Part shown: piece by piece, positions 1 through 46,167 of the stretch
Layout: each line of letters starts with the position of its first letter
Numbering within the stretch: position 1 is the first letter of the stretch
DNA from: Heptranchias perlo
Lineage: Eukaryota
Direction of reading: 5' to 3'
Assembly (NCBI RefSeq): GCF_035084215.1
Contig: NC_090326.1
Coordinates: 16,616,001-16,680,000 of the forward strand
Length of the DNA: 64,000 nt
Made by a program: the position numbers and the translations under genes
Notes under the pieces: model-generated
Seen by the model: only the letters and a program-made list of their open reading frames with translations
Database searches by the model: none
What the model was told of the DNA's origin: nothing

Positions 1-44
1 CAACCCTTCGCCCATTCAGTCTGAGCTGAATGGGCGAAGGGTTG
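1..44. repeat. Perfect 19-bp inverted repeat (hairpin, 6-nt loop), possibly cut by the window edge
   Basis: CAACCCTTCGCCCATTCAG (1-19) / CTGAATGGGCGAAGGGTTG (26-44). Confidence 0.9.
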
Positions 45-479
45 TTCTCTCTAACTCTGACTCTCTGCACCACATGAAGCAATATCTAGTGATGTGTTAG
101 TCACTTCTCTTTCCCACCCCCTTTCCAAACAAACACACAATTACAGAACTGTGCAAGAATCTGCAAGATGTCCCATGTATTCTGTCAATATCTGATTTAT
201 CACTGCCCACGTTCATTTTAAAAATATACTCAAACACAACCAGAACCAGAAACTGTTGACAGAAGATCTGAAGAGAGAGAAAAATCAGAAAATTAGGAGG
301 GAAAAATAGCACACCAACTTAAACAGGATGGAAAATGGAAATGTGGCTGCATTTGAGAACCTGTTCAACAGATTTAGGAGAGATCTTAATAGACCAAATT
401 ATGGGACAATTACTAAAAATAATTACTTTAAGATTTGAGTACAATTCGCATACCTATATCAATCTTGGATTAAAATTGC

Positions 480-1560
480 TTCTAAACTGATGTTTTTCTA
501 ACCCTGCTACACACTCTTGCTCTCTGAATTAAATCTCTTATCTTAATTCATTTTATATCTATGTCCCTTTATTCTAGACTAGCAATCACTGCAAACAGTC
601 TGTTTCTATCTACTCTGTCCCATCCCTTCATAATTTTAAACAACTGTCAAATCAGCCCCCATATTCTCTGCTCTTATGAAAACAACCCCACTTTTTAAAC
701 TGCTTCTTCATATTTGTATTTCCTCATACCAAGCAGCATCTTAGTGAATTTTGTTGTACCCTCTATTGCCTCAACATCCTTCCTATAGTGTGGAGCCCAA
801 AACTGCATAGTACTCTAACTGTGGGCTTAGAGTTATTATATAGATTCCCCATTACATCTCAACTTTTATATTCTATACCTCTTGCCGTAAAACACGGTAT
901 TCCATTAGCTGGTTCACACAAGGTGCTGCTTTTAATGTCTTGTGAACCCAAACCCCCAAATCCCTCCACTCTTAAACACTCAGCTTTCCCCCATTCAAAG
1001 TATAGTTAATACTTTTAATTTTCTTACCAAAATGTTCCACCTCATAGTTACTGACATTAAATCCCATCTGACACTTTTTTTGCCCATTCCACCATCTTAT
1101 TAATATCCTCTTGCAGCTTCCTTTGGTCTCCAGATTATTCACTAAGCTTTGTATCTCAGTATCATCTGCAAAGTTGAGTCCTGTTCCCTCTAGTCCAAAT
1201 CATTGATGTACACAATGAACAGAAGCCGCCTCAGAACAGAAGCCTGAGACTCCACTGCCTACTTCCCATTACTGGAAAGCTGTCCTTAACGCCTTCTCTA
1301 TTTCCACCTTCTAACCAGATTTTAAATCCAATTTTCTACCTTTCTCTTAATTCCACACCCGCTAATCTTCACCCATGTGGTACCCTTGTCAAGGTTTCCA
1401 GAAAGTCCACATACACGATAGCTACTGCATTTCCCCATCCACCATATCTGTCCCCTCCTCAAAGAGGACAATCAAACACAATGTTCCTTTCTGAAATCAG
1501 TGTTGGCTGATTCTAATTATCTTCTCTTCACCTAGATATTCAGTAATTTCATCTTGAATG
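480..1560 (-). mobile_element. Old, degenerate CR1 LINE ORF2 3' fragment
   Basis: The reverse strand shows eroded TTTGCAGATGATAC (FADD), TGGGCTCCACACTATAGGAAGGAT (WAPHYRKD) and GGGTTGTTTTCA motifs, collinear with other CR1 copies. Confidence 0.65.
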
Positions 1561-1702
1561 CCATCAAGACAAAACCATTACTCAAACCTGAACATAAGTA
1601 AGTTTGAAAATTACATGGTTGACAGGAAACAATTTTTAGGCAGCTTTGAGATCAACAGGCGTTTTTTTTTTGTGAAGCAAAGGGGTAAGGTGGCTAATGT
1701 AA

Positions 1703-34719
<33,017 letters not shown>

Positions 34720-35564
34720 TTACATGAGAATTTTCTGTGTGGATTACCTGATCAAAAATGTGTGTGTGAAATGATTTAAATCAAATGGATCACCCCACTC
34801 AGCAATACAAGGGCCAGAGTTTCCCACTCCTGCACTCATCATCAGCAGCCCCCCCACTCCCGACCCCACCATTTATTTTAATGGGCAGCAAGTTCCCAAG
34901 CCAGCAAGCACAGAAGCAGAAAACCCCAGCCATGATATATCCTATTACCAAGTATCCACATACACACAGACTTAAATTATAAAAACTTTTGAGATGTTAA
35001 AAATAAAGTAAATTTACAGTGTTAGCACTTGCAGGAACGCCAGATCCAGTTACTATAACCCGCTGAAAAAAATGTAAAGAATACATTGTATTAACATCTT
35101 TTAGAACACAAGGTTAGGACTTGACCTGACTTATAGCACTGCAGCCACACATTACTATGCAGCTGTCTTTATATCTGTAATAATGATACAAGTATTTACA
35201 CAACTGTAGAATACATACATATCAAAACTGCACACTTTTTTTAAAAAAAAGCATTAATATCATTTATATTTCTACACTGATGCTAAAATTACTCAACTCA
35301 GTTTAACAAACAGTCCAACTGGTCTCAGTCCCATTATTAAATCCCAGAGCACAAAGGCCACTCAACCTCTGAAACCCACTCCATGATTATCATTGCAGGT
35401 ATCCAGGTACAATCTAAAGCTCCCCCTCCCCCACACCACCTCCTTGTAGCTGTAATGAACTCAGAACACAAGATGCACACACCTACAGTATATTTTTAGT
35501 CAGGTTTGTAATTTGTGAACCCCCAAGGCATTTGCTTAAATAAACCAGCAGGAACACTCGGTCT

Positions 35565-35778
35565 CTGGAATTCCCACCCTAAACCTCTCTGCCTCTCTGC
35601 CTCTCTCTCCTCCTTTAAGACACTCCTTAAAACCTACCTCTTTGACCAAGCTTTTGGTCACCTTTCCTAATATCTCCTTATGTGGCTCAGTGTTACATTA
35701 TGTCTGATAACTCTCCTGTGAAGTGCCTTGGGACATATTACTACATTAAAGGCGCTATATAAATGCAAGTTGTTGTTG
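35565..35778 (+). mobile_element. L2-type LINE 3' end; shorter ends at 30972-31030(-) and 32455-32625(-)
   Basis: CTCCTTAAAACCTACCTCTTTGACCAAGCTTTTGGTCACC through GGCGCTATATAAATGCAAGTTGTTGTTG. Confidence 0.8.
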
Positions 35779-36244
35779 TCTGGCTAGTGCAACCAGCAGA
35801 ATTGTACTTTTAGAGTAAGAGTCTTACTCCATCCTTTAGAACAGATTGCACAGAAAAACAGAGTGGTAAGACATCCCAAGTCTCCATGACTCACTGTCTC
35901 CAAGGTGACATTGGGCTCAATTTTGGAATCCAAGTGCGGGTGCCGAAAATCGGGGAAATCCTGATCAGGTTCAGAACCCGGCTCCAACCCAGAGACTTCG
36001 GGGTTCCCCACTGACTCATCTGGATGCGTGCGTGTCTGCCGAATGCAAAAGTCCCACCAGCAATTAAAGATGATAGTTAAGACACTTTAGATACTTGAAG
36101 TACTTGATTTTGTGCACATTGAGGCAGGGGTTTGTTTTTCAAACATTCTCAGCGTGTTTCCCGTGCTGTGGGAAACGCGCCATGTTGCAAGAGACGTGTT
36201 TCAGCCGGCAGTCAGTTGGACATTCAAATGCTTGTTTGACAGAT

Positions 36245-36900
36245 GGGGACATCACCGGGGTCTCTCAGTCGTCTGCACACAAGTGCATAAGGCAGGTCAC
36301 CGACGGCTTATTTTGCAGGGCCTCGCACTACATCGACTTCCCCATGGACGACCTCAGCCAGACGGAGAGGGCAGTGGGATTCCACTCTGTGGCTGGCTTC
36401 CCACAGGTGCAGGGTGTAACCGATTGCACCTCTATAGCAATCAGAGCACCTCCCCACGAGCCAGGACTGTTCATCAACAGAAAGGGATATCACTCCATCA
36501 ACTCTCAACTCATGTGACCACCGCAAAAGACTCCTTCACGTGTGCGCCAGATTCCCTGGTAGCTGCCTCGAATCCTTCATTCTGAGGGAGTTCAACATCC
36601 TGTCCCTCTTCCTTGCACTGAACACCCTTAAGGGCTGGCTCCTCAGGGACAAGGGATATCCCCTGCACACATGGCTCATGATCCCTCTGAGGAACCCCAT
36701 CAGCGAGCAATAGCATCAACAAAAAGACAGCCACATCGCCACCAGGTCTACAATTGAGCATGCTATAGGGCTGCTCAAGACACAATTTAGGTGCCTTGAT
36801 CGTTCTGGGGGAGCGCTTCAATACGCACCAGAATGGGATGCATTAGTCATGTGTTGTGCCCTGCATAACAGAGAGGGGTGCCGCTTGAGGAGGCCCCATC
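36245..36900 (+). pseudogene. Harbinger (HARBI1-like) DDE transposase, N-terminally deleted and frameshifted
   Basis: GDITGVSQSSAHKCIRQVT, GFPQVQGVTDCT, FINRKGYHSINSQL, then in other frames ARFPGS, WLLRDKGYPL and RSTIEHAIGLLK..FRCLD. Confidence 0.88.
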
Positions 36901-37344
36901 CACATTGAGGAGGAGGAGGAGGAGGAGGAGGAGGAGCCCATGGGCAGAGCTGCGGCTCACCTGGCTGCTCGTGAGGCCAGGGAGTCACTGATATGTGAAC
37001 GGTTCCCCTAACATCAGAAAGTGTGAACAATCCAGTCCTCACACCACCTGGAAAGAGCAGTGCACACACAAGCACACCACCCCCCACCCCACCCACCCAC
37101 CCACCCACACGGCACAAAACATTCTGCAACGACACATACACCCACTGTAAAGTGACCCACTGGGTGGCATCAAGTGTCACTGTTCATGGTGAAGCTCATT
37201 AAAGGGACCTATCGCAAAGCCAGTCAAGAATGGGCAAGACGTGGCAGTAGTGGTGACAATCATAATATTTAATGTGACTTTAATGAAAAACAAATAAATG
37301 AAAAACATGAGTCTGCCAAACACCCTTCCACACACCCTTCGTAC

Positions 37345-39306
37345 TCACAAAACCTTCGCCTTTCTCTTCCGACTACTTCTACGTGGTGCAACCCTTGTGG
37401 CTGCAGCAGAGGTAGTGGCAGGTTGCTCATGTTCATGCTCTGACTGCTTAGATGCTTTCAGCCTACGCCCTCTGGGTTTTGGAGCCAGTGAGGGCCCTGC
37501 CAAAGACCGCCCCACCTGCACCTGTGCAGGGGCAGACTCGGCCACCTGGAGAGGAGGCAGCATTGCGGGTACTGGTTGAGAGGAGGGCAATGGGTGAGTC
37601 ATGGGAGTGCTTTGAGTGGCGTCCCCACTTCCATGTCCCCTTTCTCCATCATCCCTCCCCTGGGCCAGGCCCACATCACTCCTACCACCCTGCTGGAGAA
37701 CAGTTTGGAGGACATGTGTGATGTGTTGGAAGGCCAGTTCCAAAGTATCTGTCAGCCTGTTTAAGGCGGCAGAATGTTGATCACCCTGAGTCCGAAGGGC
37801 CGTTGTCAGGGCCCTGAATGATCTCATTTGTGAGCTGTGCTTGAAGCTCCATGGAGGCTAGCCTTCTCTCCATCGCAGACATTCCTGCACTTACCCACGA
37901 CACTATCTCAGAGATGCCCCCACGTCCCTGCGACACTATCTCAGAGATGCCCCCACGTCCCTGCGACACTATCTCAGAGATTCCCTCCTGTACCTGTGCC
38001 GCCATTCCACTCTTTCAGGAGTTGGACTCCTCCATCCTCTGCGCTATTGTGGAGAGTGCGCGTGGCACCTGTTCCAGCACCTCGCAAATGTGCTGCTGTC
38101 CCTCAATCATTCTCCTTTTAAAGGATGGCCCCCAGGGTTCAGCATCTGTGTTCAGCTGAGCAGAGCCTGGAGAGGAGTGCTCCCACCGACACGGAATCTC
38201 CACAGCTGCCCCTGCCACCAGTGTCTGCTCACTAGTGTGTGGTGAATCACCAGGTGCCAACCCAACTAACTGACTACTAGGACCCACCGAGGTGTGAGTA
38301 TCTGCGCTGGTGGATGACTCGCTCAGATGTGACGGTGCACCCTCAGAGACCGGCAGGTCCTCTGAGGAATCGCCCTCTCCCATCACTGCAGTCGCTGAAG
38401 GGCCTGTAAGAGAACAGAAGGCAATATTAAGCATCATCACAGATGTGTCATGTTACGATGAGCATACGGAGGTGTTCAACATGCCAATCATTGTTAACAT
38501 CAATTCATGTTGTGTGTGATGAATGTTAAAGTTGTGTCACCAGACGTTTGTGGGGTGCCAGTCTCGGCACAGTACCGATGGACAGGCACTCGAGGGTGCG
38601 TCTGATCTGCAGGGCCTCCTCCTCTGCATCTGTGAGAACCACTGTTTGTTGTGGCCCTGCTCCAGTCCTCGCCCTCTCCCGTGCATTTTGCGCTCTCTTG
38701 TCTTAGAAGGGGAAAGAGAGCAGACGTGTGAGAGAGTGATGGTGAAGTGGCCAACCAATGAATGCTTTGGTTTGGGTGAGGCTGACCATGAAAGAGAGGC
38801 ATCAGAGGGTGAGTATGAGACAGAGACGTCACATTGGATGAGGATTGGGGTGAGTGGCAGTGATGGGGTGACTAATGGGGAGGTGAGGAAGTGCTCAGGA
38901 AGTGCAGGTAAGTTGAGGATGAGCCTTAAGTGTGTGTGAGGAGTGATGTGATAGAATAGTGTTGGCAGTGCAGAATGAGTAGGGGGGGGGGGGGGGGGGG
39001 GGGGGGGAGGGGGTGGAAACGGTGATGTGGAAGACGGAATGTAGGAGAATCAGTAAGTGTACTCACTTTTGCTGACCTGGTTAGGTCATTGAAATGCTTC
39101 CAGCACTGGATCCAGGTACGGGAGATGTTGCTGCTGCTGGTGACCTCCTCTGCCACCTCGAGCCTGGCTTTCTTGGTGGCAGAGGCAGGGCACTCCCTTC
39201 CGTTCACGAGGTAAAACACTTCCCTCCTCCTCCTCACCCCATCCAGTAGCTGCTGCAGCGAGGAGTCGCTGAACCTTGGAGCAACCTTCCCCCTGTGCTG
39301 CTCCAT
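37345..39306 (-). pseudogene. Harbinger Myb/SANT-like DNA-binding protein gene, 3 exons (39306-39067; ~38702-38541; 38403-37345), degraded
   Basis: Exon 1 APRFSDSSLQQLLDGV...RTWIQCWKHFNDL ending AAA|gtgagt; exon 2 KRAQNARERARTGAGP...LTDAEEEAL; basic C-terminus RRSSRKRKAKVL*. Confidence 0.8.
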
Positions 39307-40504
39307 TGTGATTTCCGGGTCTTTGCCCCAGCAAAAGCATTTGGAGCAATGACCCTCCAGCTGACAGCCGGTGATGTGGGCGCGCAGTCCACCCGCTGCG
39401 CAGCTTTCCGGCAGCAAATCCGGAAGCCACGTTAAGTGGCACTAATTCAATTGCGATCGCGTGGGAAACGGACATATTTTATTGGTCGGGTCACCCACGT
39501 GCCCATTCACCACCACCCCCCTCCTGCCCCGCTGCCATCCCACCTCCACTCTAAAATCGGGGCCATTGTATTCTTGTGCTTGTCTAGAGAGACAAACACC
39601 AAGCTGCTGAAAAAATTCCTGCGCCCTTCCAACTTGCAGTGTGATCCAAGGATGTAACGTAGCAATGGAATTTGGTCTACACTTACTTTTCCTACATTAC
39701 AACAGTGACTACGCTCCAAAGCACTTAACTGGTGTAAAGCATTTTGGGAAGTCCTGTGGTCGTGAAAGGTGCTACGTAAATGCAAGTTGGTTCTTTCTTT
39801 ACACACCAGACATTTTCAGTGTCTAGAGCACATGGGCTAATCCCTAACCCTAAGCTGTCTCAAGATGGGTTATTGTGGGTGCAACCTTTGACCCTTATGG
39901 CTATTGTATTCTTTCATGTATATTAGGTACAAGCAAAATTGCCCTCATGCTGTGCCACCTGGGGTTCTGAAGGACCCCTTAACACTCACCAGCTTTATTT
40001 TGTCAGCTGTTATGCCCAATGGATGTCACATAATATAATAAGGTGGGATGCTGCCCAAACTGCCCCCTCCTCTTTCCTTCTCTCCCCCCACCACCACCAC
40101 CAAGTTAACTTCTTCAGAAAAATCCATCCGTGCAGATATCAAATTAGGATTTGTGAATATATAACTTTGGACTCCACATCACAGAAGATTTTTTGTTAAA
40201 TATTACTGGATAAAACAGTTAATCATAGCTGGCTTACAAAATTTTATGGAACACAGATTTAAAAAAAGTCAATGAACATGTGGTTTTTTATGCTCTGCAA
40301 TGTATTTTTGGCATCAATATCAGTATTCCAAGTTACATGCAGTTGATATTTTTACATAAATGATAGGATACAAGTTATAAAATGAAATAATTTACCAGAT
40401 TCCAAGGACTCTGCTGACAGCTCTTCATCTGATGGAAAAGTACAGGCATGCTTTCCTCTGCTGCACAACATACGGCATGCTCGCTGTCAGAATCATCTTT
40501 GACA

Positions 40505-41745
40505 AATTCATTTGAGTTTTTTGAGGATGTAATTAGCAGGGTAGATAAAAGGAGAACCATTGGATGTAGTATATTTGGATTTTCAAAAGGCATTCAATAA
40601 AGGTGCCATACGAAAGGTTGTTACACAAGATAAGGGCTCATGGGGTTGGGGGTAATATATTAGCATAGAGGATTGGTCAAGGGACAGAAAACAGAGAGTA
40701 GGGATAAACGGGTCATTTTCAGGTTGGCAGGCTGTAACCAGTGGGGTGCCGCAAGGATCGGTGCTTGGGCCTCAGCTATTTACAATCTATATTAATGACA
40801 TGGATGAATGGACCAAGTGCAATGTATCCAAGTTTGCTGACAATACAAAGCTAAGTGGGAAAGCAAGCTGTGAAGGGACACAAAGTCTGCAAAGGGATAT
40901 CGACAGGTTAAGTGAGTGGGCAAGAAGGTGGCAGATGGAGTATAATGTGGGGAAATGTGAGGTTATTCACTTTGGTAGGAAGAATAGAAAAAAGAATATT
41001 CTTTAAATGTTGAGAAACTATTGAATGTTGGTGTTCAGAGAGAGACTTGGGTGTCCTCATACAAGAAACAAAAAGTTAGCATGCAGATACAACAAGCAAT
41101 AAGGAAGGCAAATGGCATGTTGGCCTTTATTGCATGTTGGAGTACAAGAGTAAGGAAGTCTTGCTATAATTGTACAGGGCTTTGGTGAGACCTCACCTGG
41201 AGTACTGTGCACAGTTTTGGTCTCCTTATAGGAAGGATATAGTTGCCTTAGAGGGGTTACAATGAAGGTTCACTAGATTGATTCCTGGGATGAGGGGGTT
41301 GTCCTATGAGGAGAGGTTGAGTAGAATGGGCCTATACTCTTTGGAGTTTAGAAAAATGAGAGGTGATCTCATTGAAACACAAGATTATGAAAGGGCTTGA
41401 CAGGTCAGATACTGAGGGGTTGATTCCCCTGGCTGGAGAATCTAGAACTAGAGGGTATAGTCTCAGGATAAGGGGTCAGCCATTTAAGACTGCGATGTGG
41501 TGGAATTTCTTCACTCAGAGGGTTGTGAATCTTTGGAATTTTCTATCCCAGAGGGCTGTGGATGCTGAGTCATTGAGTATATTCAAGGCGGAGATCGATA
41601 GATTTTTGGACTCCAGGGGAAATCAAGGGATATGGGGATCGGGCAGGAAAGTGGAGTTGAGGTTGAAGATCAGCCATGATCTTGTTGAATGGTGGAGCAG
41701 GCTCGAGGGGCCGTATGGCCTACTCATGCTCCTATTTCTTATGCA
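40505..41745 (+). mobile_element. CR1 ORF2 3' fragment, same subfamily as 10105-11777
   Basis: [37 protein letters not shown] is nearly identical in the two copies. Confidence 0.92.
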
Positions 41746-42582
41746 CTTGTGTTCTGTGTTATAGGCCACATTTCACCCTATACTGCCTGTTTCTAAGTCA
41801 ACTCAAGATCTTTGCAGCCCAACTTTCCTTCCCCTCCCAAAAAGGGAGGATCACTAATTGGTCAATAAATTTGACGAGCAGGAGTGCGAGCCCTAGATGG
41901 GTGCGCAGGACGCACCACAAGCTCAAGATGAATTTAGTGCTACTCACCATCCTCCTGACTGCAGGCCATAGCAAACGGAACAGTGATTCCAACAGATGGA
42001 GATATAGAACTTCAGCTGCTTGCCTCTCGGCAGCCCAGTTACAGTAGACATCTGGGTATACAAATGCTTGCTCTTACACCTGGCTTCCTAATGCCTTCCA
42101 GCAGCAACCAACTTTAGAGTCTCTCCATCAGCTGTCGAATGGACATATGGAGCATGGCCACCTCCATTGCTCAAGAGTCTGATGGACAGTTCCAGTGCCC
42201 AGAATCCGCTCAGGCTGGGAAAAAGCCCATCAGCAATTGCTGCAATTCACTGGGTTCAGCAGCACATTCAAGGTGCGGTGGCAATGTGGACATTGGAGTC
42301 TACAATATGCTCGGTATCAAAATTGAGGGAGTGGTTATGTTGGTATTGAACAATTTGTTACTTCCTACAACAAACTCAATTCAGAGCTTTTAGCTTAGGT
42401 TACATGATCTGTCACCATGTTTCCTACCAACTTGGTGGGATCGAGTATCCCGTACTATTTCTGGCATATAAACAGCAGTGTACGGTAACCCCAAACCCTT
42501 TGTTCACAAGGTCAGGTTTCAGTCAATAGGAAGGATGGGCATTGCCTGTGAAAGCTGAAATTTGCAGTGAGCTTTAATGAAA

Positions 42583-43690
42583 ACAACTTGCATTTATATA
42601 GCGCCTTTAACGTAGTAAAATGTCCCAAGGCGCTTCACAGAAGCGTTATCAGACAAAATTTGACACCAAGCCACATAAGGAGATATTAGGACAGGTGACC
42701 AAAAGCTTGGTCAAAGAGGAAGGTTTTAAGGAGTGTCTTAAAAAGGAGAGAGGTGGAAAAGTTTAAGGAGGAAATTCCAGAGCTTAGGGCCTAGGGTTCC
42801 TGAAGGCACGGCCGCCAATGGTGGAGCAATTATAATCTGGGATGCGCAAGAGGCCAGAATTGGAGGAGCGCAGAGATTGGAGGGTCGTAGAGCTGGAAGA
42901 GGTTACAGAGATAGGATGGGATGAGGTCATGGAGGGATTTGAAAACAAGGATGAGCATTTTAAAACTGAAGTGTTGCCAGACCAGGAGCTAATGTAGGTC
43001 ATTGAGCACAGGGATGATGCGTGAACGGGAAGTGGTACAAGTTAGGATATGGGCAGCAGAGTTTTGGATGAGCTCAAGTGTACGGAAGGTGCAAGATGGG
43101 AGGCCAGCCAGGAGAGCATTGAAATAGTTGAGTCCAGAGGTAACAAAAGGCATGGATGAGGGTTTCAGCAGATGAGCTGAGACAGAGGCAGAGACAGGCA
43201 ATGTTAGAGGTAGAAGTAGGCGGTTTTGGTGATGGAGCAGATATGGGGGTGGAAGCTCATCTCAGGGTCAAATAGGACACCACGGTAGCGAACGATCTGG
43301 TTCAGCCTCAGACAGTGGCCAGGGAGAAAAACAGTCAGTGTCTAGGGAACAGAGTTTGTGGTGGGGGCCGAAGACAATGGCTTCGGTCTTCCTAATATTT
43401 AATTGGAGGAAAATTTCTGCTCGTCCAACACTGGATGTCAGACAAGAAGTGTGACAAATCAGAGGCAGTGGAGGAGTCAGGAGAGGTGGCGGTGAGGTAG
43501 AACCGGGTGTCGTTAGCTTACATGTGAAACCTGACAATGTGTTTTCAGATGATGTCGCTAAGGGGCAGCACGTAGATGAGAAATAGGAGGGGGCCAAGGA
43601 TAGATCCTTGGGGAACTCCAGAGGTAATAGTATGGGAGTGGGAAGAGAGGCCATTGCAGGTGATTCTCTGGCTATGACTGGATAGATAAG
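42583..43690 (-). mobile_element. L2-type LINE RT 3' fragment
   Basis: TITSGVPQGSILGPLLFLIY, FLQLNI.KTEAI, NALLAGLP, LIQNSAA peptides; same tail as 35565-35778. Confidence 0.88.
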
Positions 43691-44550
43691 CAAAGTATTG
43701 GAAAGAAGTGTGAATTTCAACAACGAGGAGATGCAGTTCCATGGAATCCATCAAGCCTCCTGTATCTCCCTCATATGGCAGTTCTTTATGTTTACGCCTA
43801 GACAGTGAAAGAGTGTTGGGCTATTCAGGGCATTCCTAGTCTCTGCTCAGTTGTAGCATTGCATCAGGCACTGCAAGCTGCACAATTCAAAAATGGTTTC
43901 ACACAAAAACTGCAATGCATCTCATTATATGACTTTACAACAGCTACATTAAGAATGATGAATTACATTTGAGCCAACTGGGTGCGAGACAATTGTGGAA
44001 TCCCAACAGCAGGGCTCATCAATACAAACTTAAGCAGGGTCAATTTGCCTCCTATGAATGCACACACCTTCTCTCCAAGGAACGCAGCCCACTCATCCAA
44101 ACCCAGAGAACTGAACAGTCTTGCTTCTAGTCAACCTATGCCCAATACTACATTACATGATGGACTACATCAGTGGAAGCAGCCTCTTCAGGAGGGCAGC
44201 GCACCTGCAAAGAATGACAAAGCACTAAACTAATCCAATACACAGTACAGCGAGTCATTGGTGGTCAGATTTGGAAATATTTGTTTTACATTTAAGCTGG
44301 GTTTCCCACTTGCAGAATACTTCATTTGGGAGTAGGTGGGTGGGGGCGGGGGGGGGGGGGGGGGGCGGGGTTAGAGGGAGGAAAGTGAGAAAGAGAAGGA
44401 TGAACGAACTTGTGGACACGAGGTGAGGGATATCGGTACGAAAAACCAAAAATGTTCCCCACTTTCTTCGCATAGTCAGCATCAAGTACTCTGCGGTTAG
44501 GTATTGGCACAATTTAGATGGAGTATAACCATCCCTATACTCTCCCTACA

Positions 44551-44985
44551 GGTCAGCCATGGCTCAGTGGGTAACACTCTCGTCTGAGTCAGAAGGTCGT
44601 GGGTTCAAGCCCCCCATCCAGAGACTTGACCACATAATCCAGGCCAACACTCCCAGTGTAGTACTGAGGGAGGTGCCATCTTTTGGGCGAGATGTTAAAC
44701 CGAGGCTCTGTCTGACCTCAGGTGGACATAAATGATCCCACAGCACTGTTGGAAGAGCAAGGGAGTTCTCCTGATATCTTGGCCATCATTTATCCCTCAA
44801 CCGACACCTAAAGCAGATTATCGTGTCATTTATCTCCGGATGTTTGTGGGATCTTGCCGTGTGCAAGTTCGCTGCCATGTTTCCTACATTACAGCAGCGA
44901 CTATACTTCAAAAACAGTACTTCATTGGCCTTTTAGCACTTTGGGACACCCTGAGGTAGTGAAAGGCGCTATGGAAAAGCAAGTT
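44551..44985 (+). mobile_element. Deu-SINE
   Basis: Head, core and tail as in the other copies. Confidence 0.85.
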
Positions 44986-46167
44986 TTTTGTGTTATACTG
45001 GATGAAAATGGGTGCACGCCACAGAATGGATGAGATTCCCAGCTGACCATTTTCAAATCAATGGTCCAGCGCTGAACTAATTGCAGGGGCAGAGTTCAAA
45101 AAAGTGAGATTTGACCTCAATCATTCAATGTTTGGCGAACATTAAATAGGACTGGAAATCTTACAGCAAAGTTACATTTAATGCTGTTTGTTGTTCTTTT
45201 CACGTAGCTCTAGCAGTGGTTCAATGGGCTTCCTTTCCAACAGCCAAGTTCAAATGAACATTTGATGCTTGTAGGCCGAGCCTCTCATTTTTGTACATTC
45301 TACCACATGCCATTGGTCATTCACTCGTGATATTTACAGGACATGACATTTCACCACAAAACTGCAAGTTATTGCTCAAAGCCTGGAGAGGCATCGTATA
45401 TAGTTAAACAATCACTGTGGGAACACGGTCATGCACAAAGAGAGAACACTTTCATCACAGGACTGCACTGCATGAGTCATCTGGTCATGATTTTAAAATG
45501 GGTTCAGTAGTCTTCACTGTCCTTCGATTTCCAAGTTTAGTGACCTGAACACAGAGTTTCAGTCAGGCTGTGCAGGATATCCACCATTCAACATCACGAG
45601 TGTTTAACAACTGCACACCCAGAAACACACACATTTCTTGTGCGTCTTTCACTGAATTGGAAACCTACATGTGCAAAAACTAAATGCTATTTTACAGCGT
45701 CAAGGATTGAGTGTTCTCATCTCACTAAATTTTAGAAGTTATCATATGAGCAGATATTGCCTCCAATTAAATATTGGGAAGCCATTATCTGCGGCCCCCG
45801 CCACAAACTCTGTTCGCTCGCGACCGATTCCATCTCCCTCTCTGGCCACTGCCTCACAATGAACCAGACTTATTGCAACCTCAGCATCCTATTTGACCCG
45901 GAGCCAAGCTTCCCTATTGCCGCTCCATCACAAACACCGCCTACTTCCACCTCCATAATATCGTCAGTCTCCGCCCCTGCTTCAGCTCATCTGCTGCTGA
46001 AACCCTCATCCATGTTTTGTTACCTCCAGACTTGACTATTCCAATCCTCTTCTGGCTGGCCTCCATAAACTTAAGTATTTTAACTCGCACCAAGTCCCGT
46101 TCACCCTTCACCCCTGTGCTCACTGACCTACATTGGTTCCTGATCTACCAATGCCTCAAATTTTAAA

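Larger units (their letters stand above)
35913..39564. mobile_element. PIF/Harbinger DNA transposon with both ends, internally decayed
   Basis: Imperfect TIRs GGGCTCAATTTTGGA / TCTAAAATCGGGGCC (11/15 match), 3-bp TSD ATT at 35910-35912 and 39565-39567, convergent transposase and Myb/SANT genes. Confidence 0.85.

Noticed and set aside
38982-39013. Poly-G/C tracts (also 22315, 24601, 34666, 44348) as G-quadruplex elements
   Set aside because: They are simple homopolymers common throughout the window, length may be unreliable, and nothing supports function.
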